Assembly (NCBI GenBank): GCA_027317865.1
Contig: DAHVQG010000005.1
Span: 1-64,000 of the forward strand
Length of the DNA: 64,000 nucleotides
From: Bdellovibrionales bacterium
GTDB taxonomy: Bacteria; Bdellovibrionota; Bdellovibrionia; Bdellovibrionales; UBA1609
Direction: 5' to 3'
Part shown: positions 52,793-61,927 of the stretch, in pieces
How the letters are laid out: every line of letters starts with the position of its first letter
Numbering within the stretch: the stretch's first letter is position 1
Made by a program: the position numbers and the translations under genes
The notes under the pieces: generated by a model
Seen by the model: the letters and a program-made list of their open reading frames with translations, nothing else
The model's database searches: none
Told to the model about the DNA's origin: nothing

Positions 52793-54480
52793 CCAATAAA
52801 ACGCTTTTGCGTATTATTCGAAAGACGTTTGGGGCGCGTTCAAACGGAGAGCTTGTGGCTTTGCTTGACGAGCGAAGGTCGCAAGTAACAGCGCCTGAAG
52901 CGAAAGTTCAATTTAATGATTTTGCTGATGCCCTTCTCGACTGCCTTGAGACGGTTGACGCGGCAATAACCGATCTTGATCGCGTAATCGATATTCGTGA
53001 TCGAAGTCTTGCTATTAGCTCTAAGGAACTTACCGCGCTCAACGAGCAGATTAGCGACGAAGCGGCAAAGCAGCGGGATGTACTCGATGAGCTCCAAGGA
53101 ATTTTGAGATTGTTGAGTGAAAACTCTGATGGTGTCGAATTTAAATCCGTAGCCGACACCGATGTCGATGCCGAAAAAAGCAATTTAACCGCACTTGTGG
53201 CAAAAGTTGATCAGCTTGTTAAAAATCAAATGAACTCGGCGCGCAATCTAAAAAATCTTTTTGAGGAGGGTCTACGAGTCTCATCGGCGATGGACTTCAA
53301 GTCTCTCGAAAGCCAGCTGCAAGAATCGGCATTGAATATCCTTGGCGTGGGAGTAAACATCAAAATATATTTCGCGGCGTCGCTATTCGGCCGTCGTTCT
53401 TCGAGAAGTGATCTAGCGGACGACGAGGCAAATAAATATTATTCGTGCAATGCCAGCAACGAACCGGACGAGGAGCTTAGCGCTAGATCGTCGCTTGGGC
53501 AGTCTTTTCAAATCGTGAGTTCGTCGAAGAGTAACGGGATATTAGCTTTTGCGAAAATGTCTTTGCAATCGCAGGCCGAAGCCGACTTCGAAAGCGCGGC
53601 ACAGGTAATTGCGGAGTACTGGACGAGACTTCAACCGTTGCTGCCGAATGTGGCAACGACTCTAGAAAATATTCGACTGCTCCAAGATGAAAAGCACCGG
53701 CAACGAATTGAGACGGAATTGCAAACGGCGCGGTTTGTTCAACAAGCCCTGTTGCCTCCGTCGGAACCGCTGGCACTTGGTAACGCACTCGAGGTGTGTG
53801 GTTTCTATCAAAACGCATCGGAGTGCGGTGGAGATTGGTGGTCACATATCAAAATGGCCGATGGGCGGCACGTTGTTTTTGTCGGTGACGTGACCGGGCA
53901 CGGAACTGCAAGCGCGATGGTCTGTGCCGTGGTTAAGGGTTATTGCGATTCATTTTCAGATCGAAGCGGGATAGCGCTTTCGTCTATGCTTGAAGAATTA
54001 AATGAGGTTGTTTACCGGGTGGGCTCGGACGCCGGTAGGGCCATGACGATGGCTGCAATTGCTTTTGACCCGCAGAAGGGCGAGCTAACGCTGGTCAATG
54101 CCGGCCATCCCCCGCCCATTCGAATTCGTTACAATGACGAGGCTAAGGGCGCCAAAGGCGTGAAATCTGTTGTGCAGTATTTAATTGCGCCGACCGGGAC
54201 CATTCTTGGGTTAAACGAAAAGGTCGTTTTTAAGGAGAAAACATTTCCGCTTAAAAAAAATGACGCGATTATTTTGTACTCGGACGGCGTAATTGAATAC
54301 ACGCGACACAATCGCGAAGTCTACGGCGATCGTCGGCTTTACCGTGTTGCCGCGTTGGCCAGCGGTGTGAACTCAACGGCTTACGAATTAAATCAAGCGG
54401 TAATTCGCGATCTGCAAGAATTTGCGCTTGGTGACGAACCGAGTGACGATGTTACGGCGGTTGTAATCAAAGCAATTTAG
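52789..54480 (+). CDS. PP2C/SpoIIE (RsbU-like) phosphatase, cytoplasmic
   Basis: ARFVQQALLP, CGGDWW, GDVTGHG, NAGHP, YSDGVIE, DDVT. Confidence 0.92.
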   Translation: MTNKTLLRIIRKTFGARSNGELVALLDERRSQVTAPEAKVQFNDFADALLDCLETVDAAITDLDRVIDIRDRSLAISSKELTALNEQISDEAAKQRDVLDELQGILRLLSENSDGVEFKSVADTDVDAEKSNLTALVAKVDQLVKNQMNSARNLKNLFEEGLRVSSAMDFKSLESQLQESALNILGVGVNIKIYFAASLFGRRSSRSDLADDEANKYYSCNASNEPDEELSARSSLGQSFQIVSSSKSNGILAFAKMSLQSQAEADFESAAQVIAEYWTRLQPLLPNVATTLENIRLLQDEKHRQRIETELQTARFVQQALLPPSEPLALGNALEVCGFYQNASECGGDWWSHIKMADGRHVVFVGDVTGHGTASAMVCAVVKGYCDSFSDRSGIALSSMLEELNEVVYRVGSDAGRAMTMAAIAFDPQKGELTLVNAGHPPPIRIRYNDEAKGAKGVKSVVQYLIAPTGTILGLNEKVVFKEKTFPLKKNDAIILYSDGVIEYTRHNREVYGDRRLYRVAALASGVNSTAYELNQAVIRDLQEFALGDEPSDDVTAVVIKAI

Positions 54481-55319
54481 ACGCCCGTAATCGGCCGGTA
54501 AATCGACGAAACAAATTGGTGTGAACTTGCCGCCAGTTGCCCGGCCGTTTCGGCGTGCAAAGTGGAATATATTGGGGCGCCAAAGGTAACTCGGACTTTC
54601 GCGCGGCGAATGCTCCAAAAATTCCAGAGATGCGAAAAAAAAGGCATGTCACCGTACCAAAAAAGAAGGTCACGATTGAATGGCGTAACGCGCTCATTAT
54701 TAATTGTTTCATAGTTTAAACATGCCGGTAATACAGGTTGTCCACTTATAACTGCGGCGTTGTACAGCGGTTGACGAAATCGCAATACACTTTCACCGTT
54801 TGTGCTTGTCGCCTCGGGGAACACACAAACGTTAAGACGCGAATTTAGGGCCCGTGTCAGTTCTATAATTTCGCTTTCAATATTAGCCTTATTTCTGCGC
54901 TCCACATAAAGACAGCCAGAAAGTCTTGTAAGCCAACCAATAAAAAATGCGTCGCGCATTTCAACTGACGTCACAAACGAAACAGGAAGCAATGAGGACA
55001 ACACCAGCGCGTCGAGGTAGCCAAGATGATTGGAAACAATAAAATTTGAATTAATTCGGCTGGTCGAAGATATATCGACGCCAGGATTTTGCGAATCGAC
55101 ACCAATAGACACTCCAAAAATAAAAAGCAAAAGACGAGAGTGAAGTCGAACCCATCGGGCTAAAAACATGCGCGTTCTAAATTTGTCTCGAGTAAAAAAA
55201 TAAATAAGAATTGCCCCCGAACCATAAGTCAGCACGAGAAGCGAAAACATAGCCAGGCGAAAAACTTGTCGAAAAAAAGTAGTAGCGCGATCGCACGCGT
55301 CACGCATTCGGCGTCTCAC
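54477..55319 (-). CDS. olsA: lysophospholipid acyltransferase, probable lyso-ornithine lipid acyltransferase
   Basis: NHLGYLD, FPEATSTNG; translationally coupled to an OlsB-like GNAT. Confidence 0.75.
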   Translation of the reverse strand: MRRRMRDACDRATTFFRQVFRLAMFSLLVLTYGSGAILIYFFTRDKFRTRMFLARWVRLHSRLLLFIFGVSIGVDSQNPGVDISSTSRINSNFIVSNHLGYLDALVLSSLLPVSFVTSVEMRDAFFIGWLTRLSGCLYVERRNKANIESEIIELTRALNSRLNVCVFPEATSTNGESVLRFRQPLYNAAVISGQPVLPACLNYETINNERVTPFNRDLLFWYGDMPFFSHLWNFWSIRRAKVRVTFGAPIYSTLHAETAGQLAASSHQFVSSIYRPITGV

Positions 55320-56155
55320 GCAAAAAAATATCGTTTGCTATATTTTGGGTGAACGGCATTTAGATCTAGAGTTATAAGAAAGTCTACGCAGCCAAAAAAA
55401 GTGTCAAGAGCGGGTTCGCTGCAAATGTGAGCCCCGGCCTGAAGATAAGATTTCAGCAGCGCCGGGATTTGCGGCTCTACCGTTTGCCATCCGGGTAATG
55501 AATCGAAATTTGATGGCCTGGGGCACAGATAGCGCGGAGTAACTTTTGCCGCAATTTGAGAATTAAAAAATAACGGGTAAAGATGCCAGTACATCGAATA
55601 AGCGATATCAGGCGAAATTGTTTTTACACTGGCACAACCAAACAAAAATCTCGCGCCGACAAGACTTGCGTAGCGGGCTAAACCCTTCCATACGAGATTA
55701 AGCGTCACACCGTTGCGATGATCGCGGTGAACACACGCGCGGCCAAGTTCGATTTTAACGCCCGGCAAATTTAGAATACGGGCTATGTCGAATTCTTCGC
55801 CGCTATAAAACCGGGAAGAATAGTCCGTGCAGATAACACGGTAAGATCCAAGGATTTCTTTTGTATCGATGTGTTTTACAATGATGTGGTCGGCTAAAAT
55901 ATCAAAGTGATCGAAATCGATCCATCCCGGTTCCGCAGCGGTGGCAAAATCTTCGATAAACGAATGCCGGCGCAGCTCTATAATTTTCAGCAAATCTTCG
56001 GTGGAGGTTGCGACTTCTATGCGGTACGGGCCGCACTCCATTTGAAAAAAAACTTTGGGGGAAAATTTGCGCATGAGATTGCTCACGCGCGCCTTTTCGC
56101 TTTCGTCAAACGACTGGGGCGCTAAACGTTTGAATTCTGTCGTCAAAGCGTTCAT
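55316..56155 (-). CDS. olsB: OlsB-like ornithine N-acyltransferase (GNAT)
   Basis: DFDHFD, GSYR, FYSGEEFD, ELGRACVHRDHRNG, LFGCAS, PALLKSYL-x2-GA, PALD-x2-F. Confidence 0.8.
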   Translation of the reverse strand: MNALTTEFKRLAPQSFDESEKARVSNLMRKFSPKVFFQMECGPYRIEVATSTEDLLKIIELRRHSFIEDFATAAEPGWIDFDHFDILADHIIVKHIDTKEILGSYRVICTDYSSRFYSGEEFDIARILNLPGVKIELGRACVHRDHRNGVTLNLVWKGLARYASLVGARFLFGCASVKTISPDIAYSMYWHLYPLFFNSQIAAKVTPRYLCPRPSNFDSLPGWQTVEPQIPALLKSYLQAGAHICSEPALDTFFGCVDFLITLDLNAVHPKYSKRYFFA

Positions 56156-56275
56156 GGTGCCTCCTTTTTATTATATTTTAGCAAAAACGGTCGCCAAGCG
56201 AGTTAGATCGCGGTGAGGAGATCGCAAGGATAGGATGAGAAAACTCCTCGACGGTTGCGAGGCGAATGTGTCAAA

Positions 56276-56788
56276 ATGGCGTTTGAAATGGGGCGGAAAT
56301 TAAAAATCATTGGAATTCTCCTACTTTTGCTACTCCTGTTGAGCGGGAGTGGTTTTGTACTTTACCGCTACTACAGCTATTTTTTCTCTCGAACAGTGAC
56401 GGGGCTAATCGTAAATGTTGAAAGTGCTACACCCGCAGCCTCTCGAGATATAATGACGTTTGCTGTAGCGATCCAGACTAAAGACGGTGAAATTGTCACC
56501 GGCGCTTCAAACGATCGCGAATGGGCGGTGGCAAGACCGGGGCTTTGCGCGCGAGCTCGGTTTTTTCCGCATCCACCATGGCAACTTGATAAGGCCGGAA
56601 CGTATTTTAACGTGCGCCTACTCAAGCTTTTTGTGTGCCACGAGACTTCGCCACTTTTAAAAGAGGCACCATTAACGCTAATTCCGCCAAGGTCGGCGCC
56701 GGTTCAGCCCAAATCTTCGACGAAGAAAAATGCCGGTAAAAATAAATTACCTAAAACAACAGGCGAAAAGGGTCGTAAAGGTTCATAA
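56276..56788 (+). CDS. hypothetical single-TM protein
   Basis: TM helix, beta-rich domain (FAVAI, DREWAV, PPW), basic tail. Confidence 0.7.
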   Translation: MAFEMGRKLKIIGILLLLLLLLSGSGFVLYRYYSYFFSRTVTGLIVNVESATPAASRDIMTFAVAIQTKDGEIVTGASNDREWAVARPGLCARARFFPHPPWQLDKAGTYFNVRLLKLFVCHETSPLLKEAPLTLIPPRSAPVQPKSSTKKNAGKNKLPKTTGEKGRKGS

Positions 56789-58664
56789 AGAACGGATCAA
56801 CAATGTGGTGGGCGGCCATGAGTTCCTCACGGTGCCAATAGTAAAGATGTGTTGCGATCCAACCATATCCGTATTTATAACTTGTTGGATTATTGCTTTC
56901 TGAGAATACGTCTGACGTCGGATAACGGTCGTAATTTGTCATTACATATTTCATTATGGTGCCCGCGTTTTGACGAACTTTGTAGGCGCGCTCGATCCAG
57001 TAATTCCGCAAAATCTTATTGTGCCAATGCTCGATGGCCTCACGTATATCAAGAGCGTCATGCATGCGCAGAAAGGTAACCTGAAGCATTTCGCGAAGTT
57101 CAATGTTTTTAACGCCTTGAATTTGTGGGGCGGCTTGAATTGCTTTTTTTAAAAGCGCAATTTGCCAATCAAGATAGGATTCTTTGTGAAAAAGATCACG
57201 AATCAATACTCGGCGATGTATGGGTTTGTTCCAAGGCAGCTCATCCCAAAAGTTTGATGTCGACAGCGCCTGAATTAATTGTTTGTGTTTAAAATAAAGC
57301 GTTTCAAAGTTGAGAATTTTTTGCCAAACATTTAAATTTTCACCAAGAAGTTGAAGTCCGATCATTGGGTTCCCGGTGTATTCGCTATCGGATTGAAGAG
57401 CGAGATTCCAATCAAAAAGCCAATAGCCCAGTTCTTGCCCGCTAGTGGAATCGAGTACTCCATTAACGCCGAGGTTGACGACGTGTTTATAATCCTGCGC
57501 GCGCGCCACCAAATAGTCGGTGAGAAAAAGTGGCACATCGAGATCCATGCCTATTAAAAAACTGGTCTCGGGAGAGTACCATGTGCGGCGTTGATGAATT
57601 TCTTTGGCCATAAATCGGTCTATGTCCATAAAGTTTTTACGTCCGTACACAGGAGCGTTGTTATCAAGTAGGCCGTAAAACATTGCGGTACGCGCCAACA
57701 CGCCTATATCAGAGGGCCCGCGAGCCGGCAGAAAGTTGTAGTTGCCGTATGTCTCATCGTATTCGTTGGTGGTGTCATTTACTTTTACCATTAGGTACCG
57801 GCCGCGCATTTGAAGTATTGAGCTAATCAACGACAGCCAATGAACGGTTTTGCCATACCATGTGGGGGTAAATGCCGTAAATCCGGTATCGACGCTTAAA
57901 AAATCGAAATCAATTTTATCAATAAGAGTTTCAACGCGGCGGCGTAGAATATCGTCGCTTTCAATTGTGGTAAAAGCCGACCAGAAAGGGAGTAAACGAT
58001 AGCGGCGTTGGTCAATCATCGAAATGCTGACGCCGATGCCAACTTGAATTTGCAAACTGTGGGCTAATTGAATGACCGAGGCATTATGGCGCGCAAACTC
58101 ATTTAGTGTTCCCTTAAGAAGCTCGACCTCCATTAGATTTTGAAAATTTCGCGCAAGCCAAAAAACCGTATCGCGGGCAATTCTTGTATGGCCTTGAAAA
58201 AATCCCGATACCCATTCGTTGGGGTATTCGGTTTGAAAATCAAAACCTCGATGCGCCAGCGCGGGAATCCACGAAAATGTTTGCCCGCAATGAGAGCGCA
58301 AAGCCCCAAGTACCGGACTGATTTGCATTCGCGGATGCGGAAATAAAAAACCCAATTTATGTAAGCCAAAATAAAACGCCGAGACGCTCTCGGGGGCGGG
58401 GCCGCGCACATTCAGTTCGATATGGTTTGCCGTGCAAGTTACGGCAATAGTGGAGGCGACGGTCTTAGCCGACGGAGTCATTTTCGGCGCAACGGCGTGA
58501 ATATTAAAACCAATCAAGTTTGCCGGGAGGTGGGCAGTTACTAAAATTCGATTGAGATCTTGATTGAGGACCATTTGCGTACTTGACGCAATTGCTTGAG
58601 CCGATGTGCTACACAACAGTGCCGAAGCGGATAAAGCAACAATGGCGTTAAGCTTAAAATTCAT
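56751..58664 (-). CDS. large secreted hypothetical protein, possible glycoside-hydrolase-like barrel
   Basis: Signal peptide; FYFGLHKLGF...PALAHRG pattern resembles the N-domain/barrel junction of hexosaminidase-like enzymes. Confidence 0.65.
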   Translation of the reverse strand: MNFKLNAIVALSASALLCSTSAQAIASSTQMVLNQDLNRILVTAHLPANLIGFNIHAVAPKMTPSAKTVASTIAVTCTANHIELNVRGPAPESVSAFYFGLHKLGFLFPHPRMQISPVLGALRSHCGQTFSWIPALAHRGFDFQTEYPNEWVSGFFQGHTRIARDTVFWLARNFQNLMEVELLKGTLNEFARHNASVIQLAHSLQIQVGIGVSISMIDQRRYRLLPFWSAFTTIESDDILRRRVETLIDKIDFDFLSVDTGFTAFTPTWYGKTVHWLSLISSILQMRGRYLMVKVNDTTNEYDETYGNYNFLPARGPSDIGVLARTAMFYGLLDNNAPVYGRKNFMDIDRFMAKEIHQRRTWYSPETSFLIGMDLDVPLFLTDYLVARAQDYKHVVNLGVNGVLDSTSGQELGYWLFDWNLALQSDSEYTGNPMIGLQLLGENLNVWQKILNFETLYFKHKQLIQALSTSNFWDELPWNKPIHRRVLIRDLFHKESYLDWQIALLKKAIQAAPQIQGVKNIELREMLQVTFLRMHDALDIREAIEHWHNKILRNYWIERAYKVRQNAGTIMKYVMTNYDRYPTSDVFSESNNPTSYKYGYGWIATHLYYWHREELMAAHHIVDPFFMNLYDPFRLLF

Positions 58665-59421
58665 AACCGACCTGCACATACGAAACGTCTGGCGTGACAA
58701 TCGGGATAATCGTCAAAGATTTAGAGACGTGTTTTAAAGCACTTTCATTTTGGCGATAATAAACGCCAAGTCCGTAAGTAGTACCGATAAGCGCCCCGGC
58801 TGTGACATCGTGTAAATAGTGTTTGTTGTCGTTCATCCGGCTGAAGGCGACAAATGAGGCCAATGCGTATGCCCCGACACCGTAGTACCACGCGTGTTCG
58901 GCGCCAACAATTGAGGCAAAAGCAAACGCAACCGTCGAATGACCGGACGGAAAAGAAGCGAGATCCGGTGAGCCGTTGGGTCTTCGCTCTCGCACAATCG
59001 GCTTGAGTAAGTCCGTAAATACTCCCGAATAAAGTGTGGCTTTTACCATCAGTATGGATCGCTCTAGAGCAAGTGACGAGCCGGTTAGCTCGTAATCGGC
59101 AAGCATGCCCCCGGCGTAGAGGACGTTCGGGATCAGTTTACCCATATAGTTACCGAAATTTGACGTTGTTCCGAGCGGTTGTGTTTCGGCAATATGGGGC
59201 TGAATTTTTTGCGAAAATTGAGCATGTGTAAGAAGAAGAACAGCCTCTACGCCAAGTCCGGGCCAAAGAACTCGCGATGCTGGAGTTGTGACAGGTGATT
59301 CAATATCGCGTTTAGTGCCTTGCCAAAATGTTTCACCGGGTAGAGTCCAAACATTGGCAAACGCAGTCGAAGAAAAAAGAATTAAACTCGCAGCCAGAAA
59401 AATCGAACGCATGAAGTTCAC
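58654..59421 (-). CDS. exported PAP2-family phosphatase
   Basis: K-x6-RP, SFPSGHS, SR-x5-H-x3-D; signal peptide AFA|N. Confidence 0.9.
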   Translation of the reverse strand: MNFMRSIFLAASLILFSSTAFANVWTLPGETFWQGTKRDIESPVTTPASRVLWPGLGVEAVLLLTHAQFSQKIQPHIAETQPLGTTSNFGNYMGKLIPNVLYAGGMLADYELTGSSLALERSILMVKATLYSGVFTDLLKPIVRERRPNGSPDLASFPSGHSTVAFAFASIVGAEHAWYYGVGAYALASFVAFSRMNDNKHYLHDVTAGALIGTTYGLGVYYRQNESALKHVSKSLTIIPIVTPDVSYVQVGYEF

Positions 59422-60098
59422 GTTTCTAAACTGAAGGGGTTAAAATCCGTCTGGTAGTCGTAGTAATCCTCTTGTTCGTGGCGCTTGAGAAATGCAACAA
59501 CCTTGTAGGTCACGGGGGTCATGAGTGCCTCCCATAAAACCTTTAAAATATAATTCGTCAGCAGAACGACAAGTACCAAATGCGGCTTCCAGACACCCCA
59601 AAATGCTAGTGGATAAAAAATAAGCGAGTCAATAAATTCGCCGACAATTGTTGAACCGACGGTTCGTGTCCAAAGAAAACGGCCACGTGTCCAAATTTTC
59701 ATTTTTGCAAGAGTAAACGAGTTTGCAAATTCACCAGCGAAGTATGCGGCCAAAGAGGCGATCACGATTCGCGACGTGTCGCCAAACGCGATTTTGTACG
59801 CGGCCTGGTATGGCCAACCGGGCGCGGGTGGTAGATATAAAATGAACCAGGCCATGAAACTCGCAAAACCCATGGCGGCGAAACCGACCCAAACGACTTT
59901 GCGCGAACGTGCATAACCGTAAACTTCAGTCAAAATATCGCCGAAAATGTAGCTGATCGGGAAAAATAAAACGCCGGCACCGAACGTAATGCCCGCGACA
60001 TTGCACACTTTGCCGGCACCGATTAAATTTGAACATAATATTATAGTTACAAATGCGGCCATGACCACGTCATAGTAACGAAAGGACTTGGTGGTCAT
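59418..60098 (-). CDS. queuosine precursor transporter (VUT/YhhQ family)
   Basis: FPISYIFGDILTEVYG, RIVIASLAAY, RTVGST, DSLIF. Confidence 0.92.
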   Translation of the reverse strand: MTTKSFRYYDVVMAAFVTIILCSNLIGAGKVCNVAGITFGAGVLFFPISYIFGDILTEVYGYARSRKVVWVGFAAMGFASFMAWFILYLPPAPGWPYQAAYKIAFGDTSRIVIASLAAYFAGEFANSFTLAKMKIWTRGRFLWTRTVGSTIVGEFIDSLIFYPLAFWGVWKPHLVLVVLLTNYILKVLWEALMTPVTYKVVAFLKRHEQEDYYDYQTDFNPFSLET

Positions 60099-60118
60099 AG
60101 CTCGATCTCCAATCAGGT

Positions 60119-61918
60119 TTAAAACGCAGTCGCAGGGGTCTCTTGAACGAGCGGTTGGGTTTCAAGCGCTGGCCGTCTTACAACTAAAAGCGTGCAATCA
60201 TCCTGTAGAGTAAGACCGCCATGAAACTCCCTAAAGTCGGAAACTACAGTACTAATGATGGCGTGGCGCTTAAGCCCGACAGAAACAAGTGATTTAAATA
60301 AGCGCCGCTCACCGAACATGACGTTGTCGCTATTTTGCATTTCGAGAATTCCATCAGTGTATAAAAATAGCGCGTCACCGGGTGAGAGCCGATGTTCTCC
60401 GCTTTCATATTGGGCCATTGGTAAACTGGCAAAAGCGGGTCCGGGCGGCACGTCTAAAAATTCAAGATCTTTCTTTTTTAAATCTTCTTTGTACGGAAGA
60501 TAAACGGCGGGATGGTGGCTGGCGTTACAGTACTCAACTACTCCATCAGCTTTACGATATTTGCCCAAGAAAAACGTCATCGTCGTCGCACCCTTTGACA
60601 TCGAATAAAGCGCTTCGTTGATATATGTCATGAGTTCTGGAAGAGTCGTACTGGGGATGTGTGTCAATGTCGCAAAGGCACTACGCGCAGCGCTTGTCAT
60701 AAGTGCGGCTGGAGCGCCGTGTCCGGTTACGTCACCGACGCAAAAAAGTACGTGCTCCGGAAAGTCTTGATAAAACCACCAGTCACCCGAGCACTCCGAC
60801 GCGGATTCGTAAAAACCTTCGATTTCAATATCTTCAGTCTTAAGATTGCCCTGCGGGAACAATTGTTCCTGCACGGCCTTTGCGGTTTTGAGCTCGTTTG
60901 CCATGCGCGCTTTTTCAGCGGTTTCGGCAAGTAGCCGCTTAATCTCACCGGCCATGGCGTTAAATCGGCTGGCCAAGATCCCCACTTCGTCGCGTTCGCG
61001 CGGCACAATGTTGAGATTGAAATCGCCCTGCGAAATTTTGATTGTTGCGGCCGTCAAGTCGCTAAGAGTTTGGGTTATACGTCCGGTACTAAAAATACTT
61101 ATCGCAATGATGAGGAATATTAAAAATACTGAAAATAAAATTGTTTTGAGTTCTAATTTTTGGGTTGCTAAAAACGCCACTTTTCTAGGTGTGCCCGCGA
61201 GGATAAAAAGATTTCCGAAAGCCAGACGTGAAATACCGATAAGCCAATTCTCGTTGTTGATTTTAAGGGTTTCCGTTTTGACCGCGAAAGGCCCGAGCTC
61301 TCGGGCGAATGAAATATTCGAAAAATTCGGATGTTGAAAAAACTGAGGATGCGCCGGAGCAATTAGAACTTTGCTGTTCGGACCAACCACAAAGTAATCT
61401 TGCACGCCGGTATTGTTCTCAATAAATGAAAATGGGTTGTCATTCCATATTGATTCAAGAAGGTAACCGGAGGCGCCGTTAATACGGGCCGTCAACCGCC
61501 AATCTTTTGAATTGGGGATTTGCTCGATATCAACTGACGTCGAGGTCAGGATCGGTGTTTTCGCGCGAAATTCATTTCGGCCGTCGCGGGACCATTCAAG
61601 ATTTGGCGCAATCGGTGCGCCTGGTTTACGAAGCGCAATGGCTTCAAGATCGTGCATGCTTAAAAAGGACTTAGCCGTTGCTTTTGTGATTCCCGTATTT
61701 TGATTGATCTGAGCGACCAGCGGTGCAAGTGCGCGTAGCCGGCTCTTCAATAGGAGATTGATAATTTCGGCGCCATGAATAGCGGCCTGCGTGTTGGAAT
61801 CGAGCACGTATGCGACTTTGTCCCGGCGAAAATCGTGAAGCGCCACAAATGCAAACAGTGCGAGCGAACCGATGCTCGTAATGAGTGTAAATAAAATCAG
61901 CTTTTTACGAAGCGACAT
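60119..61918 (-). CDS. membrane HAMP-PP2C/SpoIIE phosphatase
   Basis: Two TMs, HAMP (DEVGILA), CSGDWW, GDVTGHG, YTDG, DDCT. Confidence 0.92.
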   Translation of the reverse strand: MSLRKKLILFTLITSIGSLALFAFVALHDFRRDKVAYVLDSNTQAAIHGAEIINLLLKSRLRALAPLVAQINQNTGITKATAKSFLSMHDLEAIALRKPGAPIAPNLEWSRDGRNEFRAKTPILTSTSVDIEQIPNSKDWRLTARINGASGYLLESIWNDNPFSFIENNTGVQDYFVVGPNSKVLIAPAHPQFFQHPNFSNISFARELGPFAVKTETLKINNENWLIGISRLAFGNLFILAGTPRKVAFLATQKLELKTILFSVFLIFLIIAISIFSTGRITQTLSDLTAATIKISQGDFNLNIVPRERDEVGILASRFNAMAGEIKRLLAETAEKARMANELKTAKAVQEQLFPQGNLKTEDIEIEGFYESASECSGDWWFYQDFPEHVLFCVGDVTGHGAPAALMTSAARSAFATLTHIPSTTLPELMTYINEALYSMSKGATTMTFFLGKYRKADGVVEYCNASHHPAVYLPYKEDLKKKDLEFLDVPPGPAFASLPMAQYESGEHRLSPGDALFLYTDGILEMQNSDNVMFGERRLFKSLVSVGLKRHAIISTVVSDFREFHGGLTLQDDCTLLVVRRPALETQPLVQETPATAF

Positions 61919-61927
61919 GATTCCCCC

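Noticed and set aside
60098-60125. preQ1 riboswitch upstream of the VUT transporter
   Set aside because: Only 20 bp intergenic, containing just an SD; no preQ1 consensus seen
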